Shown one piece after another: positions 19,739 through 28,968 of a stretch of 64,000 nucleotides of DNA (its first letter is position 1; each line of letters begins with the position of its first letter). A model generated the notes under the pieces. It made no database searches. It had not been told where the DNA came from and was given only the letters and a program-made list of their open reading frames with translations. Where the stretch lies: assembly GCA_964615905.1 (NCBI GenBank), contig CAZTUB010000002.1, forward strand, positions 154,538 through 218,537, in the 5' to 3' direction. A program made the position numbers and the translations under genes. This stretch comes from an uncultured Clostridia bacterium. Its GTDB lineage: Bacteria; Acidobacteriota; Blastocatellia; UBA7656.

Positions 19739-21091
19739 TCACTTATTTGTATCCTGAGCGTTTGTATCCTGAGCGTTTGTATCCTGGGCGTTTATATTCT
19801 GAGCAAGGGGGTCGTCTTCCTTTTCGTCTGGCGCTAGAAGCTCGTCGCCGGTCTCGCTCGCGACCTGTTCGGCCAGCACGACCTCTGCGGCGTCCGCGAG
19901 CCTCTCTTCGAGCACTTCACTGGGAGCTTCGGCCGGGTGTATGTCTCCGGCGTGATAAAAGTAAGAGCCTTTATAAAGCTCTCGAACAAATTTGAGAAAG
20001 ACCTTGGTCACGGCTATCGTGGGAACCGCCAGAATCACGCCGAGCAGGCCGAAGAGTTTGCCGCCTATCAACAGGCCGAGAAAGACCGCCATCGGGTGCA
20101 GGCTCAGCCGTGTGCCGAGTATGCGCGGCGTCAGGTAGTAGCCTTCGATTGTCTGTACGACGACGAATACTCCTACTACGCCGGCCACCTGCCAGAACCC
20201 GCCTCCGTCAGCAATCGTGAAGCCTGTCGCGAGCACAAGTCCGAGCAACGTCCCGACGTAAGGGATCGCATTTAAGAACCCCGAAAGCGCCGCGATGCCC
20301 GCCCACGCAGGCACTCTTAGAATGGCGAACCCTATCGCGTAAAGCACAGCCATAATCATGGCTATCAGCAACTGGCCGCGCACATAGGATTCGAGTATGC
20401 GGCCCACTTCGTCGAACAGGCGGCTGAAGGTATCGCGGAATCGCGGAGGGATCAAGTCCTCCAGGGAGCCTCGCCAGTTGCCGAAGTCGACGAGGATATA
20501 AAAGACGAAGAAGGGGATCACCAGCAGATCGAGCGATGCCGCAGCGCTGGCAAGAAAACCCGTAAGCCCGCCCGCGAACCAGTTGCTTGTAGACTCCCGC
20601 AGTTCTGCCGACGGGTCGGTTAAAAACTTCTGGACCCGGTCCCCGGCCACGCGGTCAAGAAGCGGCGAATACCTGCGGAGCGCGGCGCGCTGGCGCGCGG
20701 CAGACTCAGGCGTGAAATACTTTGCGATCTTTTGTCCGGCGTTAGCGCCTTGCTCCCACAGGTCGGGGATGATGAAGGCGAGAAAGAGAGTGATCATAAC
20801 CCCGACCAGAAGCATTGCCAGAACTGCTGCTAAGGGCCGCGAGACGCCGCGATCCGCGCCCCACTGAACGAGCGGGTTGAGCAGGTAAGCGAGCGCGAAT
20901 GATGCAAGTACGGGGATTATAGCTACGCTGCCGAGTATGTAGATCAGGTCGAGAATCAGCAGGACGAAGATTACGGTTGGGACCCATCGCAGCCACCAGA
21001 AGGGCGAGCGCTCCGGCGGAGGCGCGGGTGATGATAACGGCGCGGTGACGGTCGGCTTCTGCATAGATGACGCGAGTCGATCAAGACTCAA
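19739..21091 (-). CDS. AI-2E family transporter
   Basis: LAYLLNPLV, YVRGQLLIA, IPYVG and QTIEGYYLTPRILG...LHP motifs. Confidence 0.9.
   Translation of the reverse strand: MSLDRLASSMQKPTVTAPLSSPAPPPERSPFWWLRWVPTVIFVLLILDLIYILGSVAIIPVLASFALAYLLNPLVQWGADRGVSRPLAAVLAMLLVGVMITLFLAFIIPDLWEQGANAGQKIAKYFTPESAARQRAALRRYSPLLDRVAGDRVQKFLTDPSAELRESTSNWFAGGLTGFLASAAASLDLLVIPFFVFYILVDFGNWRGSLEDLIPPRFRDTFSRLFDEVGRILESYVRGQLLIAMIMAVLYAIGFAILRVPAWAGIAALSGFLNAIPYVGTLLGLVLATGFTIADGGGFWQVAGVVGVFVVVQTIEGYYLTPRILGTRLSLHPMAVFLGLLIGGKLFGLLGVILAVPTIAVTKVFLKFVRELYKGSYFYHAGDIHPAEAPSEVLEERLADAAEVVLAEQVASETGDELLAPDEKEDDPLAQNINAQDTNAQDTNAQDTNK
19746..19805. repeat. 15-bp tandem repeat (3 near-perfect copies plus 1 degenerate) encoding NAQDT at the AI-2E C-terminus
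   Basis: TTTGTATCCTGAGCG x2, TTTGTATCCTGGGCG, TTTATATTCTGAGCA. Confidence 0.85.
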
Positions 21092-21115
21092 GTTCGAGCG
21101 GGCTTACCCTCAACC

Positions 21116-22138
21116 CTACTCTTCTTTTAACGGGCGGCCCATAAGCTCGCTTGCGGCCTCAAGCGCAGGCTTATCTTCATAAAGCAGCGCGTGTATGCTC
21201 GCAGTGATCGGCATATCGACTCCGGCCCTCCGGCCAAGATCATAGATAGCGCGGGTGGTCTTGACCCCTTCGGCCACTTCGCGCATGTCGTTTAGAATGT
21301 CTGCGAGTTTGCGGCCCCGGCCAAGCTCTATGCCGACGTAGCGGTTGCGGGAAAGGTCGCCCGTGCAGGTGAGCACGAGGTCGCCAAGCCCCGCAAGCCC
21401 CGCAAGCGTCTCGACCCGCGCGCCCTCAGATAGCGCGAGCCTTGTCATCTCCGCAAGCCCGCGCGTGACTATTGCTGCGACGGAGTTCGTGCCCATGCCA
21501 AGCCCGCGCACTACGCCTGCGGCGATGGCGACGACGTTTTTTACCGCGCCGCCAAGCTCTACGCCTATCGTGTCGCTGTTTGTGTAGACGCGAAAGACAG
21601 CGCAGCTCAGTTCTTGCTGTATGGTCTCGCTCGCGCGCGAATTCTTACTCGCCGCGACGATAGCGGTCGGGTCGCCCTGCGCGACTTCGCGGGCAAAGCT
21701 CGGCCCGGAAAGAACGACAAAACGCGTGTCGAAGTCCGGGCCTAAAACGTCTGCGACCACTTCGGACATTCGCATGAGAGTGCCGTTTTCGACCCCTTTT
21801 GTCGCGCTCACAAGGAGCGTCTCAGGTCGCAGGTGATCGCGCAGGCTCTGTGTCACTTCTCTAAAGACGTGCGACGGGACGACAAGGATCACCGAGTTCG
21901 CCTCTGCGAGCGCCTGTTCTAAGGATGTGGTGGCGGTGATGTTTTGAGAGAGCTCGAAATCTGAAAGATGAGCTGGGTTTTTATGCCACCGGTTTATCTC
22001 GTCGGTTACGCGCCGGTCACGACCCCACAGGCTGACGGTGTGGTTATTGCGCGCGGCGACCAGGGCCAGCGCAGTGCCCCAGCTTCCCGCCCCGATCACG
22101 GCTATCTTCTTTCGCTCGGCGCGCGAGGTTTCAGCCAT
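21116..22138 (-). CDS. gpsA: NAD(P)H-dependent glycerol-3-phosphate dehydrogenase
   Basis: GAGSWGTALA, LSGPSFA, GGAVKNVVAIAAG, GLAGLGDLVLTC...SRN and AEGVKT motifs. Confidence 0.95.
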   Translation of the reverse strand: MAETSRAERKKIAVIGAGSWGTALALVAARNNHTVSLWGRDRRVTDEINRWHKNPAHLSDFELSQNITATTSLEQALAEANSVILVVPSHVFREVTQSLRDHLRPETLLVSATKGVENGTLMRMSEVVADVLGPDFDTRFVVLSGPSFAREVAQGDPTAIVAASKNSRASETIQQELSCAVFRVYTNSDTIGVELGGAVKNVVAIAAGVVRGLGMGTNSVAAIVTRGLAEMTRLALSEGARVETLAGLAGLGDLVLTCTGDLSRNRYVGIELGRGRKLADILNDMREVAEGVKTTRAIYDLGRRAGVDMPITASIHALLYEDKPALEAASELMGRPLKEE

Positions 22139-22790
22139 CGGCTTCGGCCCTCGCTGACACGGCCTCTTTGGCGCGGCTGCCGATCTTGTTCTCGGTGCCG
22201 TGAATCAACCGTGCGATATTCTGTTGGTGCTTGGCGACGATCAACGCGCAACCGGCGAAGGCGATGACGACCAGCGAGACGAGGTGCGGGCTTGGCCACA
22301 GCCATCCGTAGTAAAGCAGCGTCCAGAGCGGGACAGCCGAGGTGGCGATGATCGAGCCGAGCGAGACGTAGCGGGTGAGGTAAACGATAACCGACCATAA
22401 AACGAGCGTCGAAAGCACCGAGTAAGGAGCGAGCGCGAGGTAGACTCCAACGCCTGTGGCCACGCCCTTGCCGCCGCGAAAATTGAGGAAGACGGGGAAG
22501 ATATGACCGATTATCGCGGCGATGGCCGCAGCGCCTATCCAGAGATAATCATCGCCCGCAATCTGCTTCATGATAAGGACGGCGGCCAATCCTTTTGCCA
22601 CGTCAAAAGCGTATGTCAGAAGGCCCGCCTTCAGGCCCGCGCGCCGCGTGACGTTTGTGGCTCCCGTCCCGCCCGACCCGATCTTGCGAACATCCTCGCC
22701 GCCCGTGAAGACGTGCTTGACCAGCAGGTAACCGAAAGGGATCGAGCCAAGCAGGTATGCAACCGCCACGACGATGATCTTGAGGAGCAT
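22131..22790 (-). CDS. plsY: Glycerol-3-phosphate acyltransferase PlsY
   Basis: YLLGSIPFG, GSGGTGATN, GHIFPVF...GGKGVAT and HQQNIARL motifs. Start ATG 22790. Confidence 0.93.
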   Translation of the reverse strand: MLLKIIVVAVAYLLGSIPFGYLLVKHVFTGGEDVRKIGSGGTGATNVTRRAGLKAGLLTYAFDVAKGLAAVLIMKQIAGDDYLWIGAAAIAAIIGHIFPVFLNFRGGKGVATGVGVYLALAPYSVLSTLVLWSVIVYLTRYVSLGSIIATSAVPLWTLLYYGWLWPSPHLVSLVVIAFAGCALIVAKHQQNIARLIHGTENKIGSRAKEAVSARAEADG

Positions 22791-23150
22791 CGGATAAAAT
22801 CTCCACTGATTAATAAAAGCCAGGAGCAACGAATATAGCAGAGGCATGTGAGGCGCACAACTTGAGCCATCTCCGCGTTGAGCCGCCGCGCTTTGCTTCA
22901 TTGATTCGTCGTGGAGCTTATAATATTTCAGTGGAAATTATTATTACTAAATGATACTCTCCGCGCGTGGGCTGACCGCCCATCGACAGCAGTCATGCCA
23001 TTCGCCTTTATTCGACAGTCAGCTCTCATAACCGTCCGATGTGGGAAAGAGCAAATGTCTCTTGTGGAGCAAGTGTAGAGCGCGGCGGGCTCTACGGCAC
23101 GAAGCAGCCCCTGGCTGCCGATTTAACTCTTTAACTTAAAAGGAGAGATC

Positions 23151-23537
23151 ATGGCAAAAACCATTGCAACACTGGTCGGCGCGGTTTTCATTCTGGTCGG
23201 GATCGCTGGGTTCGTCAGTCACGACCTGCTGGGAGCGCATCTAAGCATGACGCATAATATTGTGCACCTGGTGTCGGGCGCGGCCTCGCTTTACATCGGG
23301 TTGAAAGGCACGCTCGCGCAGGCGCGCACGTTCTGTCTCATCTTCGGCATCGTCTACGGTCTGCTCGGTGTAGTCGGATTTATCGTCGGGACCGGCGAGA
23401 ACCGCCTGCTCGACATCAACGCCATCGGTCTGACGCTTGGGACCGTGGACCACATAATTCATATAGTGGTCGGCGCTCTTTACCTGATCGGGGCGCTCTC
23501 GACAAAAGCTGGCGTGGTCGAGGCTGACGCCCGATAA
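23151..23537 (+). CDS. DUF4383-like membrane protein
   Basis: Four TM segments with HNIVHLVSG and DHIIHIVVG. AGGAG RBS. Confidence 0.75.
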   Translation: MAKTIATLVGAVFILVGIAGFVSHDLLGAHLSMTHNIVHLVSGAASLYIGLKGTLAQARTFCLIFGIVYGLLGVVGFIVGTGENRLLDINAIGLTLGTVDHIIHIVVGALYLIGALSTKAGVVEADAR

Positions 23538-23579
23538 TCTCGGACTCAGGCGGGCAGCCGGTAGATGATTTGCTGCCCG

Positions 23580-24803
23580 CTATGCCTTGTTCGATTTCCC
23601 GTTCGTGCTGAGAAGCTTTAACAGCGCTTGTTCTTCCGGTTCATATTCGGGCTGGAGGCGACGTATCAACCGTTGAGCCTTCGGCCTGAACTCGTCGATA
23701 GTCAGACCGGCAAGGTAGCGATCAAAGACTGCCGGGTGTATATAACAGCTCCGGCAGACTGTAGGAGTGTTGCCCAGCCGCTCGGCCACCTGTTTGACCG
23801 CGCGCACGATATTACGATTCGCCTCTTTTTCGCTCTCCGCCCTACCGGTCTCCGCCAGATTTATTGCGGCAAGCAGCGAGCCGCCCCATGTGCGAAAGTC
23901 CTTAGCGGAAAACTCGTACGATGTCGCCTTCTTTATATAGTCGTTTACGTCGCGCGGCGTCACAGGGCGCACGCGCCCATCTTCGTCCAGGAACTCAAAG
24001 AGTTTTGGGCCGCCCAGCGCCTTCAGGTCGCGCATGACCATGGCCATCTCTTGATCGACTACGATCCTGCGGTGGCGAATGTGGTGTTTACCGACAAAGC
24101 TGAAGATGAGCTTGCCGCCGCGTTTTATCTCAAGATGCCGATTGCGAAGCGTCGTGACCCCGTATGTGCGGTAACGCTTCACGCTCGATTCACTCCCGAT
24201 GCGAAAATAGAGATCGTTGATCAGCCGTATGACAAGGGCTAAGACGCGCTCGCGCGGAAAACCTTCCAAAGCGAGGTGCTCGTTTGTGATCCGCCGCAAA
24301 GAGGGAAGGTGACGGCCGAACCGCTCGATCTTTTCAAATTTCTTTTGCTGCTGTCGCGCGGCAAAAGTCGGATGATACTTGTATTGTATGCGGCCACTCG
24401 TATCGATTCCCACGGCCTGAAGCGGCGAGCGCGGTCGCGGGCTGATGCGCACATGCGTCCAGGCGGGGGGGATGACGAGCGATCTTATACGCTCAAGGTC
24501 CGCCTCGTTCGTTATGGCCTTGCCGGCGGGATCCTCGTACCTGAACCCGCGCTTCTTTGACCCGAGCCTGCGCCACCACCGCGCCCGCCCGCCACACTCG
24601 ACCACGGCAAGCGCGGTTTTTTCGCACATTTCGGTGTCGCTCGTCGCGCTCGCGTTTGGCTCGGTTTGCCCGGACGCGCCTTTTTTAGGGCCCGCTTTTT
24701 GCGAAGCCCCTTCCGGTGGCGTTACTTTTTTCGGAACTGGCGATGCGCTCATTCGGTCTTTTACCCCTCGAACGGTTTCATAAATCGCTTGCCCAAAGGT
24801 CAT
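23580..24803 (-). CDS. DNA topoisomerase IB (bacterial, poxvirus-like)
   Basis: IPPAWTHV, GRIQYKY, RIGSE, FVGKH, KDFRTWGG, LGNTPTVCRSCYIHP (catalytic R, K, R and Y). Confidence 0.93.
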   Translation of the reverse strand: MTFGQAIYETVRGVKDRMSASPVPKKVTPPEGASQKAGPKKGASGQTEPNASATSDTEMCEKTALAVVECGGRARWWRRLGSKKRGFRYEDPAGKAITNEADLERIRSLVIPPAWTHVRISPRPRSPLQAVGIDTSGRIQYKYHPTFAARQQQKKFEKIERFGRHLPSLRRITNEHLALEGFPRERVLALVIRLINDLYFRIGSESSVKRYRTYGVTTLRNRHLEIKRGGKLIFSFVGKHHIRHRRIVVDQEMAMVMRDLKALGGPKLFEFLDEDGRVRPVTPRDVNDYIKKATSYEFSAKDFRTWGGSLLAAINLAETGRAESEKEANRNIVRAVKQVAERLGNTPTVCRSCYIHPAVFDRYLAGLTIDEFRPKAQRLIRRLQPEYEPEEQALLKLLSTNGKSNKA

Positions 24804-25031
24804 CTTACTTCAGCGACAAGCTCATTACGCGAGAGCAACGACCGTGCCAGCGGCGCACAAGCGTATATGCGCGCGAGCGCAGCCGCTTTTTTGTAGCGAC
24901 AAGCACAACGCGAGCTTGATTCTCTCGGTCCAAGTGCGTATTCTGATCAGCACAACGGCAATAACCCTTTTTGATTACTTTGCAATAAATTTAAGACTCT
25001 CAAAGTAAATCGAGCGGACGGTAGGAGAGAG

Positions 25032-25208
25032 ATGCCGAAAGATGAAAACCTGCCACTCACCCTTGACCGGTTAAAGCAAATGACGATGAGCGAAAAACAG
25101 GCCAGGCTTATAAAGGTGATCTGCGATGACCAGATCACGGACCAACAGATAGACAGGTTGCTGGCAATTGCCGAAGGGATTGAGCTTGATGAAACGGGCA
25201 AGTCTTAG
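25032..25208 (+). CDS. 58-aa hypothetical protein convergent with the XRE regulator
   Basis: AGGAGAG RBS; MPKDENLPLTLDRLKQMTMSEKQARLIKVICDDQITDQQIDRLLAIAEGIELDETGKS*. Below the ORF-track length cutoff. Confidence 0.65.
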   Translation: MPKDENLPLTLDRLKQMTMSEKQARLIKVICDDQITDQQIDRLLAIAEGIELDETGKS

Positions 25209-25234
25209 ATGGCCGGGTTTAGACTCCTTGCCTA

Positions 25235-25660
25235 TTAGCTCGCGGATTGTTTGGCCTTGTTTAAGATCCTGGCTGACTTGAGCAGCAACGCGCGCTCGTC
25301 ATCGGTCATGCTTAAAACCTCTTCAAGAATCTGCGCAACGCTTGGGCTGACAAGCACCTTCTGAATTATCTCAAGGACGACAAGCGGGTCAGAGCGGTAG
25401 CTTGCCTGGGAATCGCCTTGCTGGCCGTTTGTCTGCCCCAGAGCTACGTGAAATAGCTCGTCGGCTTCCACACCAAGCCCCAGTGCGAGCGCTTTGAGCT
25501 TTTCGACAGAGAGGTTCTTTGCCCTCCCCGTCAAAATGCTCGCGACATAGGCGCTCGTTATGGTTCCGCCGGATAGGTCCTCTATGTCCCGCTGCGTTAA
25601 AGACTTCAGACCCATAATCCGCCTGACGTACTCTGCCAGTCCCTTCTGATCGTCAGCCAT
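25235..25660 (-). CDS. XRE/Cro-CI family HTH transcriptional regulator
   Basis: LTQRDIEDLSGGTITSAYVASILTGRAKNLSVEKLKALALGLGV HTH. GGAG RBS. Confidence 0.88.
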   Translation of the reverse strand: MADDQKGLAEYVRRIMGLKSLTQRDIEDLSGGTITSAYVASILTGRAKNLSVEKLKALALGLGVEADELFHVALGQTNGQQGDSQASYRSDPLVVLEIIQKVLVSPSVAQILEEVLSMTDDERALLLKSARILNKAKQSAS

Positions 25661-25712
25661 TTTGCTGCTCTCCTGGTTTCTGATTATTTTTTAACCCAGC
25701 ATAAAATAATAC

Positions 25713-25741
25713 TTGACAACCGTAATTAATCATTCTAATAT
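25713..25741 (+). promoter_or_regulatory. Sigma70-type promoter divergent from the XRE gene
   Basis: TTGACA-17 nt-TAATAT in an AT-rich intergenic region. Confidence 0.6.
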
Positions 25742-26011
25742 CACCCTGCTGAAAATAGTCAGAAAGTTGATAATATAATATATTCGAGCAATAGGTCATC
25801 ATTCTAACACAAGATGCAAGACTTTAAAGCAGGGTAATTGATTTTGGCCGAGGTGCGATTACAACCCTATATTCGCGGGAGATTTATTAGTTTTTTGGGC
25901 TCTTATAGAAAAGCGCCCTGGATTTAGACATTGGATGAAGGAAAGCTCGGCCGAAAGAACTGGCCGCAAGTATGCGGTCCGGTGATTTGTGGTTCCTCCT
26001 TATAGCGGCTG

Positions 26012-26083
26012 GAGAGGGACGTACGTAGTGTAGTTTGTTAGACCTGGGGAAACCGCCCTACGCTGCGCTCCCTCTCTTTTTTT
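26012..26083 (+). terminator. Long hairpin followed by T7 (intrinsic terminator or structured RNA 3' end)
   Basis: GAGAGGGA / TCCCTCTC outer stem, CGTA-CGTAG / CTACG-C-TGCG inner stem, then TTTTTTT. Confidence 0.7.
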
Positions 26084-26162
26084 GCCTGATGCCTTAACTA
26101 CCCTTTGTCCGTATCCGTCAGACCGGGTAAAGCCGGCAATTGTAATTGCAGATCATCCAGCG

Positions 26163-26432
26163 ATGGCAAATTCTACCAAGCAGCCAGAAGCAGCCGGGTA
26201 TATCTCTGCGGGGTTGAAAGAGCAAGGAGTCGAGCTTGCCCCGGAGACCGAGCATATTGCGAACGAGCAGTGGCTCGTATTCAGGCGTGGGACGCGCTCG
26301 GCCGGGGTCGATCCGCAGTCGGGCATCTGGATAGCGCTCGCGGGCGGCGAATGGCGCTGTCTGTCGGAAAAATGCACTGTTAGCGCAGTTTTAGAGGCTG
26401 TTGAGTTTCTTGTGGGCGTCGATACTCCATGA
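26163..26432 (+). CDS. Hypothetical protein (~89 aa)
   Basis: ORF with host-like codon usage. ATG 26163 is preferred because the track's upstream TTG start (26082) overlaps the terminator T-tract. Confidence 0.6.
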   Translation: MANSTKQPEAAGYISAGLKEQGVELAPETEHIANEQWLVFRRGTRSAGVDPQSGIWIALAGGEWRCLSEKCTVSAVLEAVEFLVGVDTP

Positions 26433-26482
26433 CATATCGCCCGATCAACAGGCTGACGTGCGCCGCCAGCCCCAGATGTGGC

Positions 26483-27394
26483 TTAACGGCTGAGCCTATC
26501 GTCGAGATCGTCCAGATCGCGAATGAGAACCCATCCGGCGCTGTCTATAATTTTTCGATAACCCGTAGCCTCAGCTCCGCCGACCCATACGCGTGTTGAT
26601 GGGTGTATCGACCTTGCCAGCGCTTCCATCTCTTCTTCGAATTCGCGTGTCGGGCCCGTGACCATGCTCAAGGCAAGAAATCTAGAGTTGGTGAGCTGTA
26701 AGGCGTGTGCTATCTCAAGGGCAGGGAGGTCTGTCCCAAGATAGACTACGCGCCAGCCGCGACTTGTCGCAAGCAGCGCCGTCAGCAGCAGCCCGAATTC
26801 GTGCCGCTCTCCCTGGATCGTCGAAAGAACGATGGTGTCGGACTGTTTGGTTGGCGGGTATAGTCGTATGAGCGAGTTGAGCAGGCTGCGAATTAGCCCC
26901 GATGCCACATGCTCCTGTGCAACTCCAAGCTCTTTGTGCGCCCATCGCTCGCCCACTTGTTCAAGGATAGGCGCTATAACTTGCGTTACCAGCGTCTTTA
27001 CAGGAAAAAGCGTAGCAGCGCGGCTCAATTCCATGTCCGCAGAGGCCACATCCATTCGCTCTATGGCCTCAAGAAATCGCTCTTGCGCCGTCGAATAGGG
27101 GTCCTCGGCAACCGCGCTGTCAGGCTGGCTGCCGAGTAGATGTTCCAGTTCCTCAGCCGGTAGCTTTGCCGCCTGACCGATGCTGTGCCCTTTGTCGATA
27201 GCCTGGCGTAACTGTCTTAAGCGGGATATATCAGCTTCCGAATAGAGACGGCTGCCGCCTTCGCTGCGCACTGGTCGTATAACGCCGTACCGCCTCTCCC
27301 AGACCCTTATCACGTCGGCAGAAAGCCCCGTCAGCCTTGTAACCGCCCCTATGCGATACCGTGGTGTTCCAGACGCGTTTTCGTTTATCGTCAT
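26483..27394 (-). CDS. carH: CarH/LitR-type MerR regulator with cobalamin-binding domain (AdoB12 photoreceptor)
   Basis: MerR HTH (YRIGAVTRLTGLSADVIRVWERRY), Wx9EH (WAHKELGVAQEH) and ExHxxG (ERHEFG) B12 motifs, YLGTDLP. Start ATG 27394. Confidence 0.88.
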   Translation of the reverse strand: MTINENASGTPRYRIGAVTRLTGLSADVIRVWERRYGVIRPVRSEGGSRLYSEADISRLRQLRQAIDKGHSIGQAAKLPAEELEHLLGSQPDSAVAEDPYSTAQERFLEAIERMDVASADMELSRAATLFPVKTLVTQVIAPILEQVGERWAHKELGVAQEHVASGLIRSLLNSLIRLYPPTKQSDTIVLSTIQGERHEFGLLLTALLATSRGWRVVYLGTDLPALEIAHALQLTNSRFLALSMVTGPTREFEEEMEALARSIHPSTRVWVGGAEATGYRKIIDSAGWVLIRDLDDLDDRLSR

Positions 27395-27403
27395 ATCTCG
27401 CCA

Positions 27404-27523
27404 ATTCTGACCGTCTGTCCTGGGTTTGTCAAGATTATACCTGAACAAGCTTGTAGTATACGCTTCGATGTCTAAGATAAATCCAGGATAAATCTTGACA
27501 GAGGTCTCCTGGCTGTCTAAGCT
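27404..27523. promoter_or_regulatory. Divergent sigma70 promoters overlapped by 11-bp-periodic repeats (putative CarH operators)
   Basis: Plus strand TTGACA(27495)-17-TAAGCT with TCTAAGATAAA / TCCAGGATAAA / TCTTGACAGAG repeats. Minus strand TTGACA(27432)-17-CAGAAT with CTTGACAAACC / CAGGACAGACG. Confidence 0.65.
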
Positions 27524-27580
27524 TGGGGTGAATGTAATGTCGTCAGGTTCAAAGAATCGGTCGGGCAAAGGAGAGCGAAC

Positions 27581-28486
27581 GTGAAGATATTGATGACAGG
27601 AGCAACAGGGTTGATCGGGCAAAATCTCTGTCAAGCATTGACGGGTGAAGGTCACACTGTTGTGGCGCTCTCGCGTTCGCCCTCGGCTAATGGGGTTGCC
27701 GCCGAAGCTGTTTACGCGTGGGAGCCGCAGGCGGGGCCGCCGCCTGTTGAGGCTTTCGAGGGGGCTGAAGTGGTTGTCCATCTCGCGGGCGAGTCTATTG
27801 CCGCGCGGCGCTGGACTGACGAGCAGAAACGCCTCATAAGGGATTCGCGCATAATCGGCACGAGAAACCTTGTCGAAGGTATAATCAGGGCCAATCCTCG
27901 CCCGGCAGTATTTGTCAGCAGCTCGGCCGTCGGGTTTTATGGAGATCGCGGCGACGAAGTTCTCGACGAAAGCTCTCCGGCGGGCGCAGGGTTCCTGCCC
28001 GAAGTCTGCCAATCCTGGGAAGCCGAAGCGTTGCGAGCCGAGGGGGCAGGCGTTCGCGTCGCGCTCATCCGCACCGGCGTAGTTTTGAGCTCTGAAGGCG
28101 GCGCTCTCGAAAAGATGCTCCCGCCTTTCAAGCTCGGCGTAGCTGGACCGCTCGGCAGCGGACGCCAGTGGTTTCCCTGGATTCATATTGACGACATTGT
28201 CGGGATATTTCGCGAGGCGATCTTTTCAGCGAAACTTCGAGGCGCTGTAAACGGCGCTGCGCCCGGCATTGTGACCAACCGCAAGTTCACGCGCCAGCTT
28301 GCGGGCGTGCTTAACCGGCCCGCTTTTATACCCGCGCCGGAATTCGCGCTGCGGCTGATGATGGGGGAGATGGCCCAGATCGTCCTCGACAGCATGCGTG
28401 TTGTGCCCAGGGCGGCCAGCGCTGCGGGATACAGCTTCAAGTTTGCAGACCTTGAGCATGCACTGAGAAATCTCTTAAAAAAATAG
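27581..28486 (+). CDS. TIGR01777-type NAD-dependent epimerase/oxidoreductase
   Basis: TGATGLIG, VVHLAGE...RRWT, SRIIGTRNL, LGSGRQWFPWIHIDD and GAAPGIVTN motifs. Confidence 0.9.
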   Translation: MKILMTGATGLIGQNLCQALTGEGHTVVALSRSPSANGVAAEAVYAWEPQAGPPPVEAFEGAEVVVHLAGESIAARRWTDEQKRLIRDSRIIGTRNLVEGIIRANPRPAVFVSSSAVGFYGDRGDEVLDESSPAGAGFLPEVCQSWEAEALRAEGAGVRVALIRTGVVLSSEGGALEKMLPPFKLGVAGPLGSGRQWFPWIHIDDIVGIFREAIFSAKLRGAVNGAAPGIVTNRKFTRQLAGVLNRPAFIPAPEFALRLMMGEMAQIVLDSMRVVPRAASAAGYSFKFADLEHALRNLLKK

Positions 28487-28497
28487 AGCGAGAAGAA

Positions 28498-28968
28498 ATG
28501 AACGGGAATTACATACTCGAAAGGTCGCAGGTGATAAGCAGACCGCGCCGTGAGACGTTCGCCTTCTTCGGGGACGCTTTCAATCTCGAACGCATAACGC
28601 CTGCCCTGCTGCGCTTTCGCATTTTGAGCAGTCGCCCTGTAAAGATGGAAGAAGGGACTCTTCTTGAATACCGTCTGGCGCTGTTCGGAATACCTTTCTA
28701 CTGGAAGACGCTCATAGAGAAGTGGTCGCCCGAAACCTGTTTCGTCGATGTCCAGTTGAAGGGGCCTTACAAGCTATGGCGGCATACGCACTCGTTTGAA
28801 GAGATGGGCCCTTCCCGCACGATCATGCGTGACAGGGTCGAGTACCAGATAGGCTTTGGGGCGCTTGGGCGGCTGGCGCACTTTCTGTTTGTCGGCCGTA
28901 TGCTCAGAAAGATATTCGATTACCGCGCAGAGATGACCGCTCGGCTTTTAGCACAGTCGGCAGAGTAA
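28498..28968 (+). CDS. SRPBCC family protein
   Basis: FAFFGDAFNLERITP, FVDVQLKGPYKLWRHTHSF and IFDYR motifs. Confidence 0.88.
   Translation: MNGNYILERSQVISRPRRETFAFFGDAFNLERITPALLRFRILSSRPVKMEEGTLLEYRLALFGIPFYWKTLIEKWSPETCFVDVQLKGPYKLWRHTHSFEEMGPSRTIMRDRVEYQIGFGALGRLAHFLFVGRMLRKIFDYRAEMTARLLAQSAE

Noticed and set aside
27395-28186. Long N-terminal extension of the MerR regulator in the ORF track (567 aa)
   Set aside because: It overlaps the divergent TIGR01777 gene and the promoter region. The MerR HTH begins right after ATG 27394.
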